NCBI RefSeq assembly: GCF_001194135.2
Contig: NC_068990.1
Location: forward strand, 86,874,554-86,918,749
Reading direction: 5' to 3'
Length of the DNA: 44,196 nucleotides
Origin: Octopus bimaculoides
Taxonomy: Eukaryota
In this document: positions 1 to 11,620 of the stretch, in pieces
Position numbering within the stretch: the first letter of the stretch is position 1
Layout of the letters: each line of letters opens with the position of its first letter
Made by a program: the position numbers and the translations under genes
Notes under the pieces: generated by a model
Told to the model about the DNA's origin: nothing
The model's input: only the letters and a program-made list of their open reading frames with translations
Databases searched by the model: none

Positions 1-115
1 GGTGCTTGTGTGTGTGTGTGTGGGGGGGTGCTTGTGTGTGTGTGTTTGAACATTCATATATTCTACTACTTGAAATCAAATACCCAATCAGATTACCCTC
101 TTGGTCGTTTTCTAG

Positions 116-214
116 ATTGGCACTTCGTAATTTGACAAAGACATACCCCGTTAACACCATTATTTGGATGCTGTGTTGGTATCTGTTTGGTGGGTTGGCT
201 TGGGTTTGTGCTGG
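116..214 (+). CDS. Candidate internal coding exon (99 nt, phase 2-2) encoding a hydrophobic, possibly transmembrane segment
   Basis: Acceptor ccctcttggtcgttttcTAG at 96-115 and donor TGG|GTAAGT at 215. Only one frame is open: (x)LALRNLTKTYPVNTIIWMLCWYLFGGLAWVCA(G). No homolog recognised. Confidence 0.4.
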
Positions 215-2164
215 GTAAGTATTTAAGATGATGGCTGCACGTTTCCAAACATACCAATATATCAAAGATAATGTTTATGTGTTATTAGAAGATTCCTGAA
301 AAGAAGCGATCGATTTTCTTTTTCCTCTCTGATCTGGAAATCTTCTAAAAACGATATAAATCACGTTTTTACTTCATAAGTTTTAAATATAATTACATTT
401 GAGATGGTGTTTTGTTTGGCATTTCCTTTTTTTTTTACCTATAATTTATTTATTTTATTGGAAGTGTGATTCGTTGTGTTATTATGTACTTTTACAGTTG
501 TTGTTATTGATGTTTTATTTCCTTTTTTTTTAAATATATTAGTTTAGGCTATTGAAAACGCCCTTCACAAAAAGCTGGTCGTTCGTTCTCAATACGCCTT
601 AAGTCCTTCAAAATTGATTAAATGTGTAAACATTTGAGTTGAGTTCTTGTTATCATAAAGATTAGCCTAATCTTCAAAATCTATATATTTACGCAATATC
701 TATTTCACACGGTGTTTCGATCTCCGATTATTCTCAGCTACTTTTTTCTCGATATCGACTTTATCCTGGACTGGATTCGAACTTGAAGTCCGTATTTTTA
801 AATTAAGAGGATTAATTATTTTATCTTCAAAAATAAAATGTGCTGCAGTCAAATCCAATATGGAGTTATTTTCTTGCTCAAGAATAAGTCACTTTGAGAA
901 CACCCACTCGGGAGTTCGAAGCAAACCAGATCACTAGCTTTTTTTTTCCATCTTGTTTGGTGCAAAGACATACCAAACAGCACTGGAGAACTTTAAAAAC
1001 GAAGCCGATTTGTGTAGGAAGGATATTCCAAAACGACAGCTCTCTCCCTACGTTTTATTTTGAAACAGGCGGTAAGATATTCAACCAATATATGAAACCC
1101 GCCTGCGTTCGAATATATAGGCTGTATGAGGAAAATCTACTACATTTTGTACGTAATTGACCTAAAGTTGTAGACTGAAAATGGTTAACAGGTAGGAATA
1201 CGACGATACAGACAGAACATACATACACTAGAGGATTTCATATAAGATTCCAATTTGCAACATGTGCCAAAGAAAGGCTGAAGAGAGAAAACAAGCTTTT
1301 TTAGAATTAGTAAACTAGACAGCGTAAAACAAATATAAGCTAAGAGGGAATATTTTTGACGCATTGGATGAATGCTTAAAACCGATATATTTTTAAATGA
1401 ATTTGTAGCTATCATTTCTCTAGCTATTCTGGGATACATTTTAGTTGTAATATTCCCAACTGGATGACAAGTGAATTAGCAAGGTTAGACAGGAAAGCAA
1501 AGTAAAAAAACAATTACTGTATTTAGATGACACAATCTAAAATCTCAAACAAAATAATTATATTTAGTAGAATTACGTGGGTGGGGCATAAAATTCTGCG
1601 GCTGAAAAATCTTTATTAAATATTTACTATAGAAATACAAAAATGTATGGTAAATAATAAAGGTAAATTTATACAATTAGCTACAAAACATAATAAAACA
1701 AATAAAAATCCTTTTCTGACTGCAAGAAAGCTAACAAAGGTAAACAAACGGCTAGAGTAACATACAATGGCGAGAAGAATGGAGAAACACGAAAAGGAAT
1801 TCTTTAAAATACGTAAGTAAACAGTAAATAGAAATACTGAATATTGTGATAGAGCAATGTGTGTCAAATATCTTCCGTGGACAGCACTTCACAAGAGTGA
1901 ACACAGTACAAATGGATGACGAAAAGTAGAATCATCGGAGAGTGAGACGCGTTGGGAATAAAGCGAAAAGTCTTTAATTGTGATGCCAGTCCAAAATCAC
2001 AACGAGAATCTACCAAAATAATACTCTGAAAGCGAATACAAAAAAATAATAGCAGGGTGTATAATAGCAGTGTATATATGTAGAAAAAAAAACATTCAGA
2101 TATTTTCTGTCTGTCTAGTTTTCGCGAAGACATGTGCTTGTATATATATGTATGTTCGCGTGCC

Positions 2165-2218
2165 TGTATATATATACATATATGTGTTTGTGTGTGTGTG
2201 TGTATGTGTATGTATATT

Positions 2219-2252
<34 letters not shown>

Positions 2253-2262
2253 NNNNNNNNNN

Positions 2263-2303
<41 letters not shown>
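2165..2303. repeat. Compound (TA)n/(TG)n microsatellite with N gap
   Basis: Seen directly. Confidence 0.95.
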
Positions 2304-2308
<5 letters not shown>

Positions 2309-2337
2309 ATGACTTTTGCATTATCTGTAGTTTCTCA

Positions 2338-2516
2338 GGGACAACGTTTGAAATCTTGGGGAAGAGAATATAGTTAATACCATCGACGCCAGTGCTCAAC
2401 TGATACTTATCGACTCGAAATGATGAAAAGCAAAGTTAGCGGGATTTGAGCTCAGAACGTAGATGCATAAGAAATGTAGCCGGCCATTCTGCCCGCCGCA
2501 CTAAGAATCTGCCAGA
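2338..2516 (-). mobile_element. Diverged tRNA-derived SINE, family A
   Basis: The reverse complement aligns with the 6271 and 11147 copies (GGCAGA.TCTTAG head, TTCTGAGCTCAAATCCC B-box region, CAGTTGAGCACTGG core). Confidence 0.75.
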
Positions 2517-3305
2517 GTTACAAGACCTGATATTTCAAGAGGGCAGGTTAATCAATTAAATCGATCGTAGTACTTTAATAATACGTTGATTATTTTTGCC
2601 TCCCTTGCAAAAGAGTTGGCCTTTACGAGACTTGCTGCCGGAAGTGTCGTTGGTGGTTATGGAGAACACGTTGAACGAGACCGCGGTAGTGAAGGGAGTT
2701 ATGAAAGAAGCGAAAATGTGTTAGTGGTGGCAGTGTTTATGAAGGAGGAGAGAATGAGAATTAGTAGGAGGATCATAATACTGGTCGACATGATGGTCGG
2801 GGACGGTAAACGTTTTGGGTATCAGCTGTTTCATTGGTGACATTGTTTGCTGCTGGTTTTGCTATTTCTAGGAAATTTTCTCCCTCGCCACAGCCGTTGT
2901 CCTTCGTTGTCCTTGCCGATGTTTTTACAGCCAGTCTCCCTCGAGATAGAGCTGGGAAGCGTTTTTCCTTTAAAAATAACGAAATCGAAATTATTGCTGT
3001 TTGTCTAAATATTTTTTGTGTTTGGTGTTTTTGCAGTTGTTGCTGCTTTACAATGTTGTTTTTGTTATTGTTGCTGTTATTCATGGCAGTAGTAATGATG
3101 TCGCTGATGATGAAGATGGTATTGATATGGCGTTGTTGAATGTGAGGATTTCGTTATTATTCATAGTGGAATGAGGTTGCTGTTACATTTCTCTGTAAAA
3201 CAAACCGGTTAGAACTTCTTTATTGCTTTCAAAGTTGCTGCTACCAAGAGTATCATTGTTACTCTTCATTAATTGTAGGAGAAACAGCAACGTCCTCCGT
3301 AACTG

Positions 3306-3366
3306 CAGACGAAATACCGCTAAACATTTCATCCGGTGTACTAACGATTCTGCCAGCTCGCCACCC
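3306..3366 (-). mobile_element. SINE family A, 5' head only
   Basis: Reverse complement reads GGGTGGCGAGCTGGCAGAATCGTTAGTACACCGGATGAAATGTTTAGCGGTATTTCGTC, matching the heads of the full copies. Confidence 0.9.
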
Positions 3367-3383
3367 TGATAGGTTAGAATATT

Positions 3384-3476
3384 CTTTTCTATTTTAGGCA
3401 CAAGGCCTGAAATTTTGGGGGATGGGGCCACTCGTTCAAATCAACCCCAGTACGCAACTAGTACTTAATTTATCGA
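3384..3476 (-). mobile_element. 5'-truncated SINE family A insertion flanked by a 21-bp target-site duplication
   Basis: 3' half of the SINE lies between perfect direct repeats ACCCTGATAGGTTAGAATATT at 3363-3383 and 3476-3496. Confidence 0.85.
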
Positions 3477-3827
3477 CCCTGATAGGTTAGAATATTGAAA
3501 ATGGTGTGGTTAAATCAGACTCAATTAACGGCGAGATTGTAGACTGGTGGCAAGGAACGAGAGAAGAGACTTTTCTATTAAAACCGCAAGCTAACCTGGG
3601 GAAATTTGGGTGTGCTACTTTGGATCATTCGAGGTTACACGCTCCAGTTTACGGATCCTTTCCACGATTTCTTACTTTGTACATCTCTAGAGTCAGTCTA
3701 CTCTCAGTGCTCTCTATTATTACTTATTCATATATGTTTTTTATATTAATTGTTGATTTTACACATTTACTCCAACTAAATCTACTGCTTCTTATCAGTT
3801 GTTTTTCAGACAATAGAAATGCAAAAG

Positions 3828-3830
<3 letters not shown>

Positions 3831-3894
<64 letters not shown>

Positions 3895-4070
3895 CTCCGT
3901 CATCATCATAGCTATTGTTGTCATTGTTGCTGTTGTCAATGATGTTTGTTGTTGGTGATGCTGCTTGTTGCTGTTTGTTGTTGTTGCTATTATTCTTATC
4001 TTTATTATTATTATTATTATTATCATCATCATCATCATCATCATCATCATTATTATTATTATTATTATCA
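3831..4070. repeat. (ATT)n, (GTT)n and (ATC)n trinucleotide microsatellites
   Basis: Seen directly; these explain the poly-I and poly-H ORFs in the track. Confidence 0.95.
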
Positions 4071-4329
4071 TTACTTACTTTCTTGTTTATTATTTATGCA
4101 TTTTTGCTGTCAAGAATCTGTCCGCCTCTTCAGTTTGAGCAGTCACATGTGTTTCTTTTTTTTTTTTTTGATTTTTTTTGTTTGTCTTTCAATTTTTATA
4201 TTTCTTGAAGTATTATATTTTGATTTTATTTTTGTCACGTTTATTTATTTATTTTTCGCTTTTCCCCATCAAGTACAACTATTAATCAAACCAACCAAAG
4301 CTTGTCAATAAATCTCAGAAAGACATGAT

Positions 4330-5000
4330 TACTATTATCGTTACCACCACCACCACCACTACCAAACCACCACTATCACCACCACCACCACCACCANNNN
4401 NNNNNNNNNNNNNNNNNNNNNNNNNNNNNNNNNNNNNNNNNNNNNNNNNNNNNNNNNNNNNNNNNNNNNNNNNNNNNNNNNNNNNNNNNNNNNNNNNNNN
4501 NNNNNNNNNNNNNNNNNNNNNNNNNNNNNNNNNNNNNNNNNNNNNNNNNNNNNNNNNNNNNNNNNNNNNNNNNNNNNNNNNNNNNNNNNNNNNNNNNNNN
4601 NNNNNNNNNNNNNNATTACCATCACCACTACCGCTACTTCCACCACAAAACCACCACCACCACCACCACCATCAGCAGCACCACCACCACCATCACCACC
4701 ACCACCACTATCAGCACTGCTACCATTACCAAAACATCACTATGATCATCATCATCATCACCACCACCACCACCACCAGCATGACCATCATCATCATCAT
4801 CACCATCATCATCCTAACCAATATCACCATACCACGAACCACCATCGGTAATACGAACAGCAGTAACTTCAATACCAGTCTCTTTATCATTATTATTTCT
4901 AGCGTTTGTATTCTTGTCCTTCTTACAGTTGTTGCTGTTGCTGTTGTTGTTGTTGTTATTCTTGTTGTTGCTGTTGTTGTTGCTGTTGACGACGTCATTA
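4330..5000. repeat. Compound (ACC)n/(ATC)n/(GTT)n low-complexity tract with N gap
   Basis: Seen directly. Confidence 0.95.
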
Positions 5001-5369
5001 ATAATCTAACATCTTCCAAAAAAACGTCACACCATAGCTTAAGAGCGTTCTCCCACCGTTTCTATAAACACTCAGCTAATATGTCGACTGTTTAAATATT
5101 CATTTGTGTTTATCGCTCTGCTCCACTCTAGCCACGATTTGTATAATAAACGCTGTTTTTCCATAAATTTAAATGTAAGAAAAAGAAAAAAAAAGAACGA
5201 CCGATCCTCCGTCGACTTCGACGATGTGTCTTGTTATTATTTGACCGACAAAACTATTCATTGTATTTGAATTATATGTGTAAGTAGTTTAGTATTCCTC
5301 AAAGACTTATACCCTTAACGTAATTGTCGAGTATAATCAACAGGATTCCTTGTGCCAAGGCAGGACATC

Positions 5370-5809
5370 TGCATAACAAAAATGGGACAAGAATGCAAAA
5401 CATCGAGAGAGTTAGGTGATACAAAAAAGGGGCAACAAAACATCCAGACAGACGATACAAAGAAAACAAGCAGGGGTCATTCGGAGATTTATTTCCTCAG
5501 TCGAGTTCCAGATTATCTTTGCAATTTTGGCTGCTTATACTCGAGATTGATCCAATCTAGCCAGCGCCAAGGAAAAACTAAGCTAAGACTATTAGATTCC
5601 TTGGAAGAAAGCAGCGAAGGTATAAGAAAACAAGGACGGAAAAAAAACGGAGAAATGTTACAGAAATACAAGGGCAAATAACAGGACATAACAACAGGTG
5701 TCTTTCGACTAAGATTATCTTTGTGATTTCGGCTGGAACTCGACTGAGGAAAGAAGACTCCGAATGACCCGTCCTTGGTTTCTTTGTATCGTCTGTCTGG
5801 ATGTTTTGG

Positions 5810-5815
<6 letters not shown>
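5370..5815. mobile_element. Interspersed-repeat fragment with an inverted arm of about 75 bp (MITE-like or inverted duplication)
   Basis: 5436-5511 is near-perfectly complementary to 5733-5808 (CAAAACATCCAGACAGACGATACAAAGAAA ... TTTCTTTGTATCGTCTGTCTGGATGTTTTG). No TSD is visible. Confidence 0.75.
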
Positions 5816-5844
<29 letters not shown>

Positions 5845-6270
5845 GCTGGTTAGCTACTTTTATATCCGTAAGCCTATTATTATAGGAAATTAAACCTCCT
5901 TATATCTTCTTGTGCCTTCTTATACTTTATTACCTTATATTGTCCATAGTTTTTAATCCCTCCGACCTCCGACCTAGGGCAATATCCTGTTATTTCACTA
6001 TATGAAAATCTAGGTACCATACAATGGTATTAGATTTGCGTGTTAAAGGTAACGAACACCAGAACTGCTTAACCACTCGGCTATGTGGCCTTATGCTTCA
6101 CTAGAAAATCACTGAGGAGTTGAACTTTCAAGGATTTGAGACAGGCTACAGCAAACCAATCCAGAAGCTGTAGTGGTGTTTCTGTTTGATATGTGAAAAG
6201 GTATTTTTAGTCTATCGATACTTTAACTTACATTGCAGCATTGACTCAATAGAATCAATTGTGAAAATAA

Positions 6271-6492
6271 GGAGGCGAACTGGCAGAAGCGTTAGTACGC
6301 CGAGCAAAATGCTTAGCGGTATTTCGTCTATCTTTACGTCTTGAGTTCAAACTCCAACCGAGGTCGACTTGGCTTTTTATCCTTTCGAGGTCGATAAATT
6401 AAATACCAGTTGCGTACTGGGGTTGATCTGATCGACTGCCCCCCCCCACCACCACCAAATTTTCGGGCCTTGTGTCTAGAGTAAAAAAGAAT
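6271..6492 (+). mobile_element. Full-length tRNA-derived SINE, family A
   Basis: A-box-like TGGCAGAAGCGTTAG, B-box-like GAGTTCAAACTCC, conserved core and A-rich tail GAGTAAAAAAGAAT. It aligns with other copies in the window. Confidence 0.92.
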
Positions 6493-6773
6493 CAATGTTC
6501 AAAATCCTTCTGTCAGTAATGATCACTTTCTGTATTTCTGACATTCTGTATCTAGAACAAATGCTTTCATTTTGGAGATGATAACGAGGAATTTGTCTAT
6601 TTGGTAACAATCCCTAGTGGGTCTCCCGATCACGTATAGGCTTCCTTATTTATTTTTATGTGGGATTTTGTCTGTCCTGTTATGGTGTTCTATAAGAAAA
6701 ATATAGATAATAATTGTAATTATAATTATAGTTGTTCTTTTTGTTGTTTAATCCCGGGTAAAAACGATGTCAG

Positions 6774-6856
6774 AATTTGAACTCAGAACATAAAGATAGA
6801 CGAAATACCGCTAAGCATTTCGCCCGGTGCGCTAACGTTTCTGCCAGCTCGCCGCT
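6774..6856 (-). mobile_element. SINE family A, 5' 85 nt
   Basis: The reverse complement matches the head of the 6271 copy with about 13 mismatches over about 85 nt. Confidence 0.9.
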
Positions 6857-7319
6857 TTAGAAGGTATTTGAAATCATGGCAGGGACGCATATCAAACAAT
6901 GCAATGGATATACAGAAAACACAATAGATTCTATTGAAGGGGTGTATACTTCGCAGATGATATTATGAAGAGAAACAGTCACAAACATTTTTCGTTCAAA
7001 GTAAAGCATTAGTAGTTGAAACGATAATTAAATTATAATAAAGAGATTACATTTTGTCATTAGATAGCATAAATTTCATTATAGACAAAAACCACATGTG
7101 CCAAAGAAAGCTATAATCTGGGGCGGGGTAGCATTTTGTTTCATGTGTGAAGACAAGATTGAATCAAGTTTAATTTAATTGTATTACATTATAGAGTCTG
7201 TTATTAAAAATGCAGAAAAATATATTGAAGAAATAAAAATCTAAACAAATGTTTATAATCATGTGTGTGTGTGTGTGTGTGTGTGTTATTAGCATTAGTA
7301 TTATTAAATGCTCAAAGAA

Positions 7320-7530
7320 GGCGGCGAGCCGGCAGAATCGTTAGCACGCCGGACGAAATGCTTAGCGGTATTTCGTCCGTCCGTTCTGAGTTTAAATTCC
7401 GTCGGGGTCGACTTTACATTTCATCCTTACGGTGTCGATAAAATAAGTACCGGTTGAGCACTGGGCTCGATGGAACTAGCTTGCACCCTCTCCCGAAATT
7501 ACTGGCTTTGTGCCAAAATTTGATATCAAT
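7320..7530 (+). mobile_element. Full-length SINE family A
   Basis: Head GGCGGCGAGCCGGCAGAATCGTTAGCACGCCGGACGAAATGCTTAGCGG; tail GAAATTACTGGCTTTGTGCCAAAATTTGATATCAAT. Confidence 0.92.
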
Positions 7531-7544
7531 ATCCTTAAATGCTG

Positions 7545-7680
7545 AGCGGCATCCTTTCAAGTTCTTTATCAAACTTTCGTATTCGATATAATAAGTACTA
7601 GTCGAGTACTTGGATCAGTGTCATTGGCTTATCTTTTGCCTTGAAATTGCTGGCCTTGTGTCAAAAATAGAAAATAACTT
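7545..7680 (+). mobile_element. Degenerate 3' half of SINE family A
   Basis: CATCCTTTC ... ATAAGTACTAGTCGAGTACT ... GAAATTGCTGGCCTTGTGTCAAAAATAGAAA matches the SINE 3' half. Confidence 0.7.
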
Positions 7681-9461
7681 GGTATTCTTGTTGAAATTGC
7701 CCTTGTTATTGTCCATTACCGTGGCTGAACATGGTTTGCAAGTTCTGTGAGTTTGTATTTCGTTTCTCTTTCTAGCGAGTTACGTTGTTGATATACACAG
7801 CCACTTCTGTGTATATCAACTGCATGGATGTTATTGATTCTATGGGTTGGTGCTCGAGCGTGCGTTTGTGTGTGCGCGACAGCAGTGTATCTCAACTGCG
7901 TATATTTTATTGCTTGTGTGTAGGTGCGTGTGTATGTTTATACACGAGTAATAAACAATAATCAATTTTTTACTGATCGTCAGGATTGTTTCCTCTTCCG
8001 CAGTGTAGAATAAACTTCTTACTCCATAACTTTTGTGGTTGATCTCACTTTAACCAAACATGAAACCGGTGTGAAACATGATTCTCCATCGAAAAGATAA
8101 CTTATGGTTTACTTGTGGGTTTGATACATTAAGTAATTTTCTTTCTGTGAAGAGCTACACTGGTGTATCTGTATTTGCTGAGAATGTTACCAACTAGTTA
8201 TTGTTTATTCCAGTTTTAGTCAGAGTGTTAGAAAGCTATCACGTGAGTGTGATCTTTCCAATAACTTCAAATTTTCCAAGTGATTTCATTTCTTTTCTTT
8301 TATGAAGGAAATTCATTTAAGGAAAATTATAGAAAATAACACACCAGTGTTATGGAAAGAATATAATTACAACAGAAAATGAACTGCAATCAGTGTACGT
8401 GTGTTAATTGGCAGGGGGATCCTCATAAAAATACAGAAATGATGTTTCAGCACTCAACTTCATATCAAAAATATTTCATATCAAATTTTCAGACGATGTA
8501 TTTTAATACACGTTGAGCCAAAAATCGCGCACAAAAACTTTTTTTCTCACATACAACACCTCTAAGACCGTAAGTGATGTGAAATGCATTCACCCTCTTC
8601 AGTTTTTCGATTTGCTAGGAATTTATTCCTTAATACAATTACAGTATGGTGATTTATACGCTCTCTTCATACATTATAACATTTCTCCATCACCTTATCA
8701 GATACTATTGCACTGTGTCATTGTAGAAGAAAAAAGAAATCGAAAAGAAGAGAAACAGAATACCTTACATTTAAATAAATTTAAAATTCTAAAGCTTTCA
8801 GGAAATATTTATTGGAATATATTTAAATATTTTTAACTAACGCTGCCATGCCATCAAAAATAATGTTTATTACAACCTCTTTCCATTCTTTCGAAGAATT
8901 CTCCTCGCAGCTATTAAATTTCTGCAGTTTTATTAGATGTTTACTGCTTAGTCTGTAATTGCATTCTTTGCACAACTTCGTTGGGGGTGATATCCGAAAG
9001 CACTGAGAAATGATCAAACGTAATTCCTAATGATTATGATATTTGTGATTCCTGTTAAAGAATTATTGTTATATAATTTCACAAGGAAACAATAAACACC
9101 ACCAATAACAACAATGGAAAGATTGTGTTCTGACAATAAATAAAAGGTAACGAAAGCAACAACAAAATCAACGCTGGTGAGACTGCTTAGGCTATAACCA
9201 GAAATGGTAGGAAGGGGAACAAAGCCTTAGCTTCACCCTTTGTAGGAATGATACCTACCACGAAGAAAGGTACAGTTGATAGCTACACTGGCTCTGATAA
9301 CTCCCTTCAGTTATCTCGATCAATGCGGATCAGAGCTAGTTTCTGTGCTCACAGAACCCTTCAGCTGTTAGAGACTTCAACGTTTCCATCTCTCCATTCT
9401 GCTGCCTCTCTTTCCTTCTCTCCTCTGTTTCTTCAGCTCCCTTTCTTTCTCTCCTTCACAT

Positions 9462-9733
9462 CTATCTATCTATCTATCTATCTATCAATCTATCTATCTA
9501 TCTATTTATCTGTCTATCTATCTATGTACCTATCCTGCGCTAACTTCATTCGTCAATATTGTGTTCTCAAACTGAATAAAAATGCAAACAAATCTATTCT
9601 TTCCAAGAAAATATAGAAGACATTCCAAGCCAGGGATTTCAGCTTTGAGTCATGGATAGCTCTAGTCACGTGGAAAAAAGATGCAGACAAACGCAGACGA
9701 ACACAAACAAACATATACATACGCATATACATG

Positions 9734-9800
<67 letters not shown>
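9462..9800. repeat. (CTAT)n tract (9462-9527) and (TA)n tract (9737-9796)
   Basis: Seen directly. Confidence 0.9.
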
Positions 9801-9801
<1 letters not shown>

Positions 9802-10725
9802 CATACAAACACTGGTCCTCTTCACAGTTTCCGTCAATCAATTAAACTGATGAAACGATGAATCACTTGGTCAATCTCGTGTCAGTATAAATCACTCACC
9901 GAAGATGTAATGCAATGAGCCTGAAACTTAAACCACAAGCTTGACGTGAAACTCGAATCGCGAGAGGAAATCGCAACTTCAGTTTCAGTATTACACACGC
10001 ACTCACATATACACGCACACACATACACACAAATACACGTACTCATATACACATATCTATTTGTACCCAGATATGTATATACATGCATATAAATGCATAA
10101 AAACAGAGTGAGAGAGACAGTGACCAAAAGAGAGAGAGAGAGAAAGCAACATTGATAAGCAAGCAGAAAATTAGGGGCGAAGAAACCTGTATATTTTGCT
10201 ATATACAAACGCACAGATACAAAGATACTAAATATGTGAAATCCGTTGAGACATAGACACACGTATAGAGACATATACAGAAACATATCCGCACACCCAC
10301 ATATAGATACACACACACACCTACACATACACTGTCGTATACTTGTACAAGAAGACACATACATATAAAGACAAGAATCAAATACACATATTCATTCAAT
10401 GGATGAAAATATCCATGCTAGGAAAAGTTTAAGGAGTGTGTGTCTTTTGAAAGAATGTATTTTAAAAAATAACGAACGAAATGATCTCGAATAATCCTAT
10501 TTAGAAAAAAGCATTCTCAAGAATTCTACATAAGAATTCTGTAACAGGTTTAAAAAGTATTAAAATCTAATTAATACCATTGAAAATGTTACAGAAACGT
10601 GTATACCTCCAGACTTTTATATGCATACATACATAGATGCATATATACATACATACATAAAAACATACAAAGAAATATACATACATATAAGTGTGTATAT
10701 GTGCGTGTGTGTGTATATATATGCG

Positions 10726-10789
<64 letters not shown>

Positions 10790-11043
10790 CATATGCATTT
10801 GAATATTTGCATGTTTTTTGGTCTTATATATTCATATGCATAGATACTTTTTTTAAATTTATGTAACTAATAATCAGGTGAAATTTAAAATGAACACTTT
10901 CATATTTGATGTTTGATCTCTACACAAATATGCATAAGGTATAAGATAATAAAATTCATATTTATTTGGCTATTTCATTTTAATGTTAAGATGTATACGT
11001 ACGCACGGATTCGGGTTTAATATCGTTGTATGATTTTCTGGGA

Positions 11044-11087
11044 GTCCTCCACTACAGTTTTGTGCGTCCTCCACTACAGTTTTGTGC
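11044..11087. repeat. Perfect 22-bp tandem duplication
   Basis: GTCCTCCACTACAGTTTTGTGC occurs twice, at 11044-11065 and 11066-11087. Confidence 0.95.
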
Positions 11088-11146
11088 CAACCCACTTTGC
11101 AAACACAAGGCTGCAATATGTTTATTAGCGACATTCCCCACCAGAG

Positions 11147-11362
11147 GGCGGTGAGCTGGCAGAATCCTTAGCACGTCGGGCGAAATGCTTAGCGGTTTTT
11201 CGTCTGTCTTTACATTCTGAGTTCAAATTCCGCCGAGGTCAACTTTGTCTTTCATCCTTTCGGAGTCGATTAAATAAGTACCAGTTACGCACTGGAGTCG
11301 ATGTAATTGACTTAATCCCTTTCTCTGTCCTTGTTTTGTCCCCTCTGTGTTTAGAAATAAAT
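11147..11362 (+). mobile_element. SINE family A variant with a different 3' tail
   Basis: Family A head and core to about 11310, then tail AATCCCTTTCTCTGTCCTTGTTTTGTCCCCTCTGTGTTTAG that is unlike the other copies. Confidence 0.9.
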
Positions 11363-11406
11363 ATCTATCCCCACTTAAACATGGATGTTCTATCGGAACA
11401 AACTTA

Positions 11407-11620
11407 TACGAGGTCTGATCAATAAGTATCTGGACAGTTTCCATAGTAACGAAGCTAAAACACGCAGAGAGAAGTCGCTTGGTCAAGATTGACCATGATA
11501 TCTGCTGTGCACGCACACCAAATTTTAACGTTCTAGCTCACTTCCGCTGTTTACAGCAGTTCATAGAATGAACGTGTGTGGCGTGTGATCATCGCATTCA
11601 CCATGACAGAAAAAGTTGAA
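11407..11620 (+). mobile_element. Tc1/mariner 5' end (TA, TIR, leader, first transposase codons)
   Basis: TA|CGAGGTCTGATCAATAAGT is a mariner-type TIR. ATG at 11603 gives MTEKVE, like mariner MTxKxEQRxCIKF starts, and is then truncated. Confidence 0.7.

Noticed and set aside
3506-5095. Long ORFs with poly-I, poly-H, poly-T and poly-V runs, including a His-rich 256-aa ORF
   Set aside because: These are translations of (ATT)n, (ACC)n and (ATC)n microsatellites and N gaps, open in several frames on both strands.
6050-6090. tRNA-like A-box TAGCCGAGTGGTTAAG on the - strand
   Set aside because: No B-box or cloverleaf, so at most a SINE-head relic and not a tRNA gene.
1260-7110. Exact 17-mer ACATGTGCCAAAGAAAG at 1260-1276 and 7094-7110
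   Set aside because: The flanks do not align, and one such match is plausible by chance in AT-rich 44 kb.
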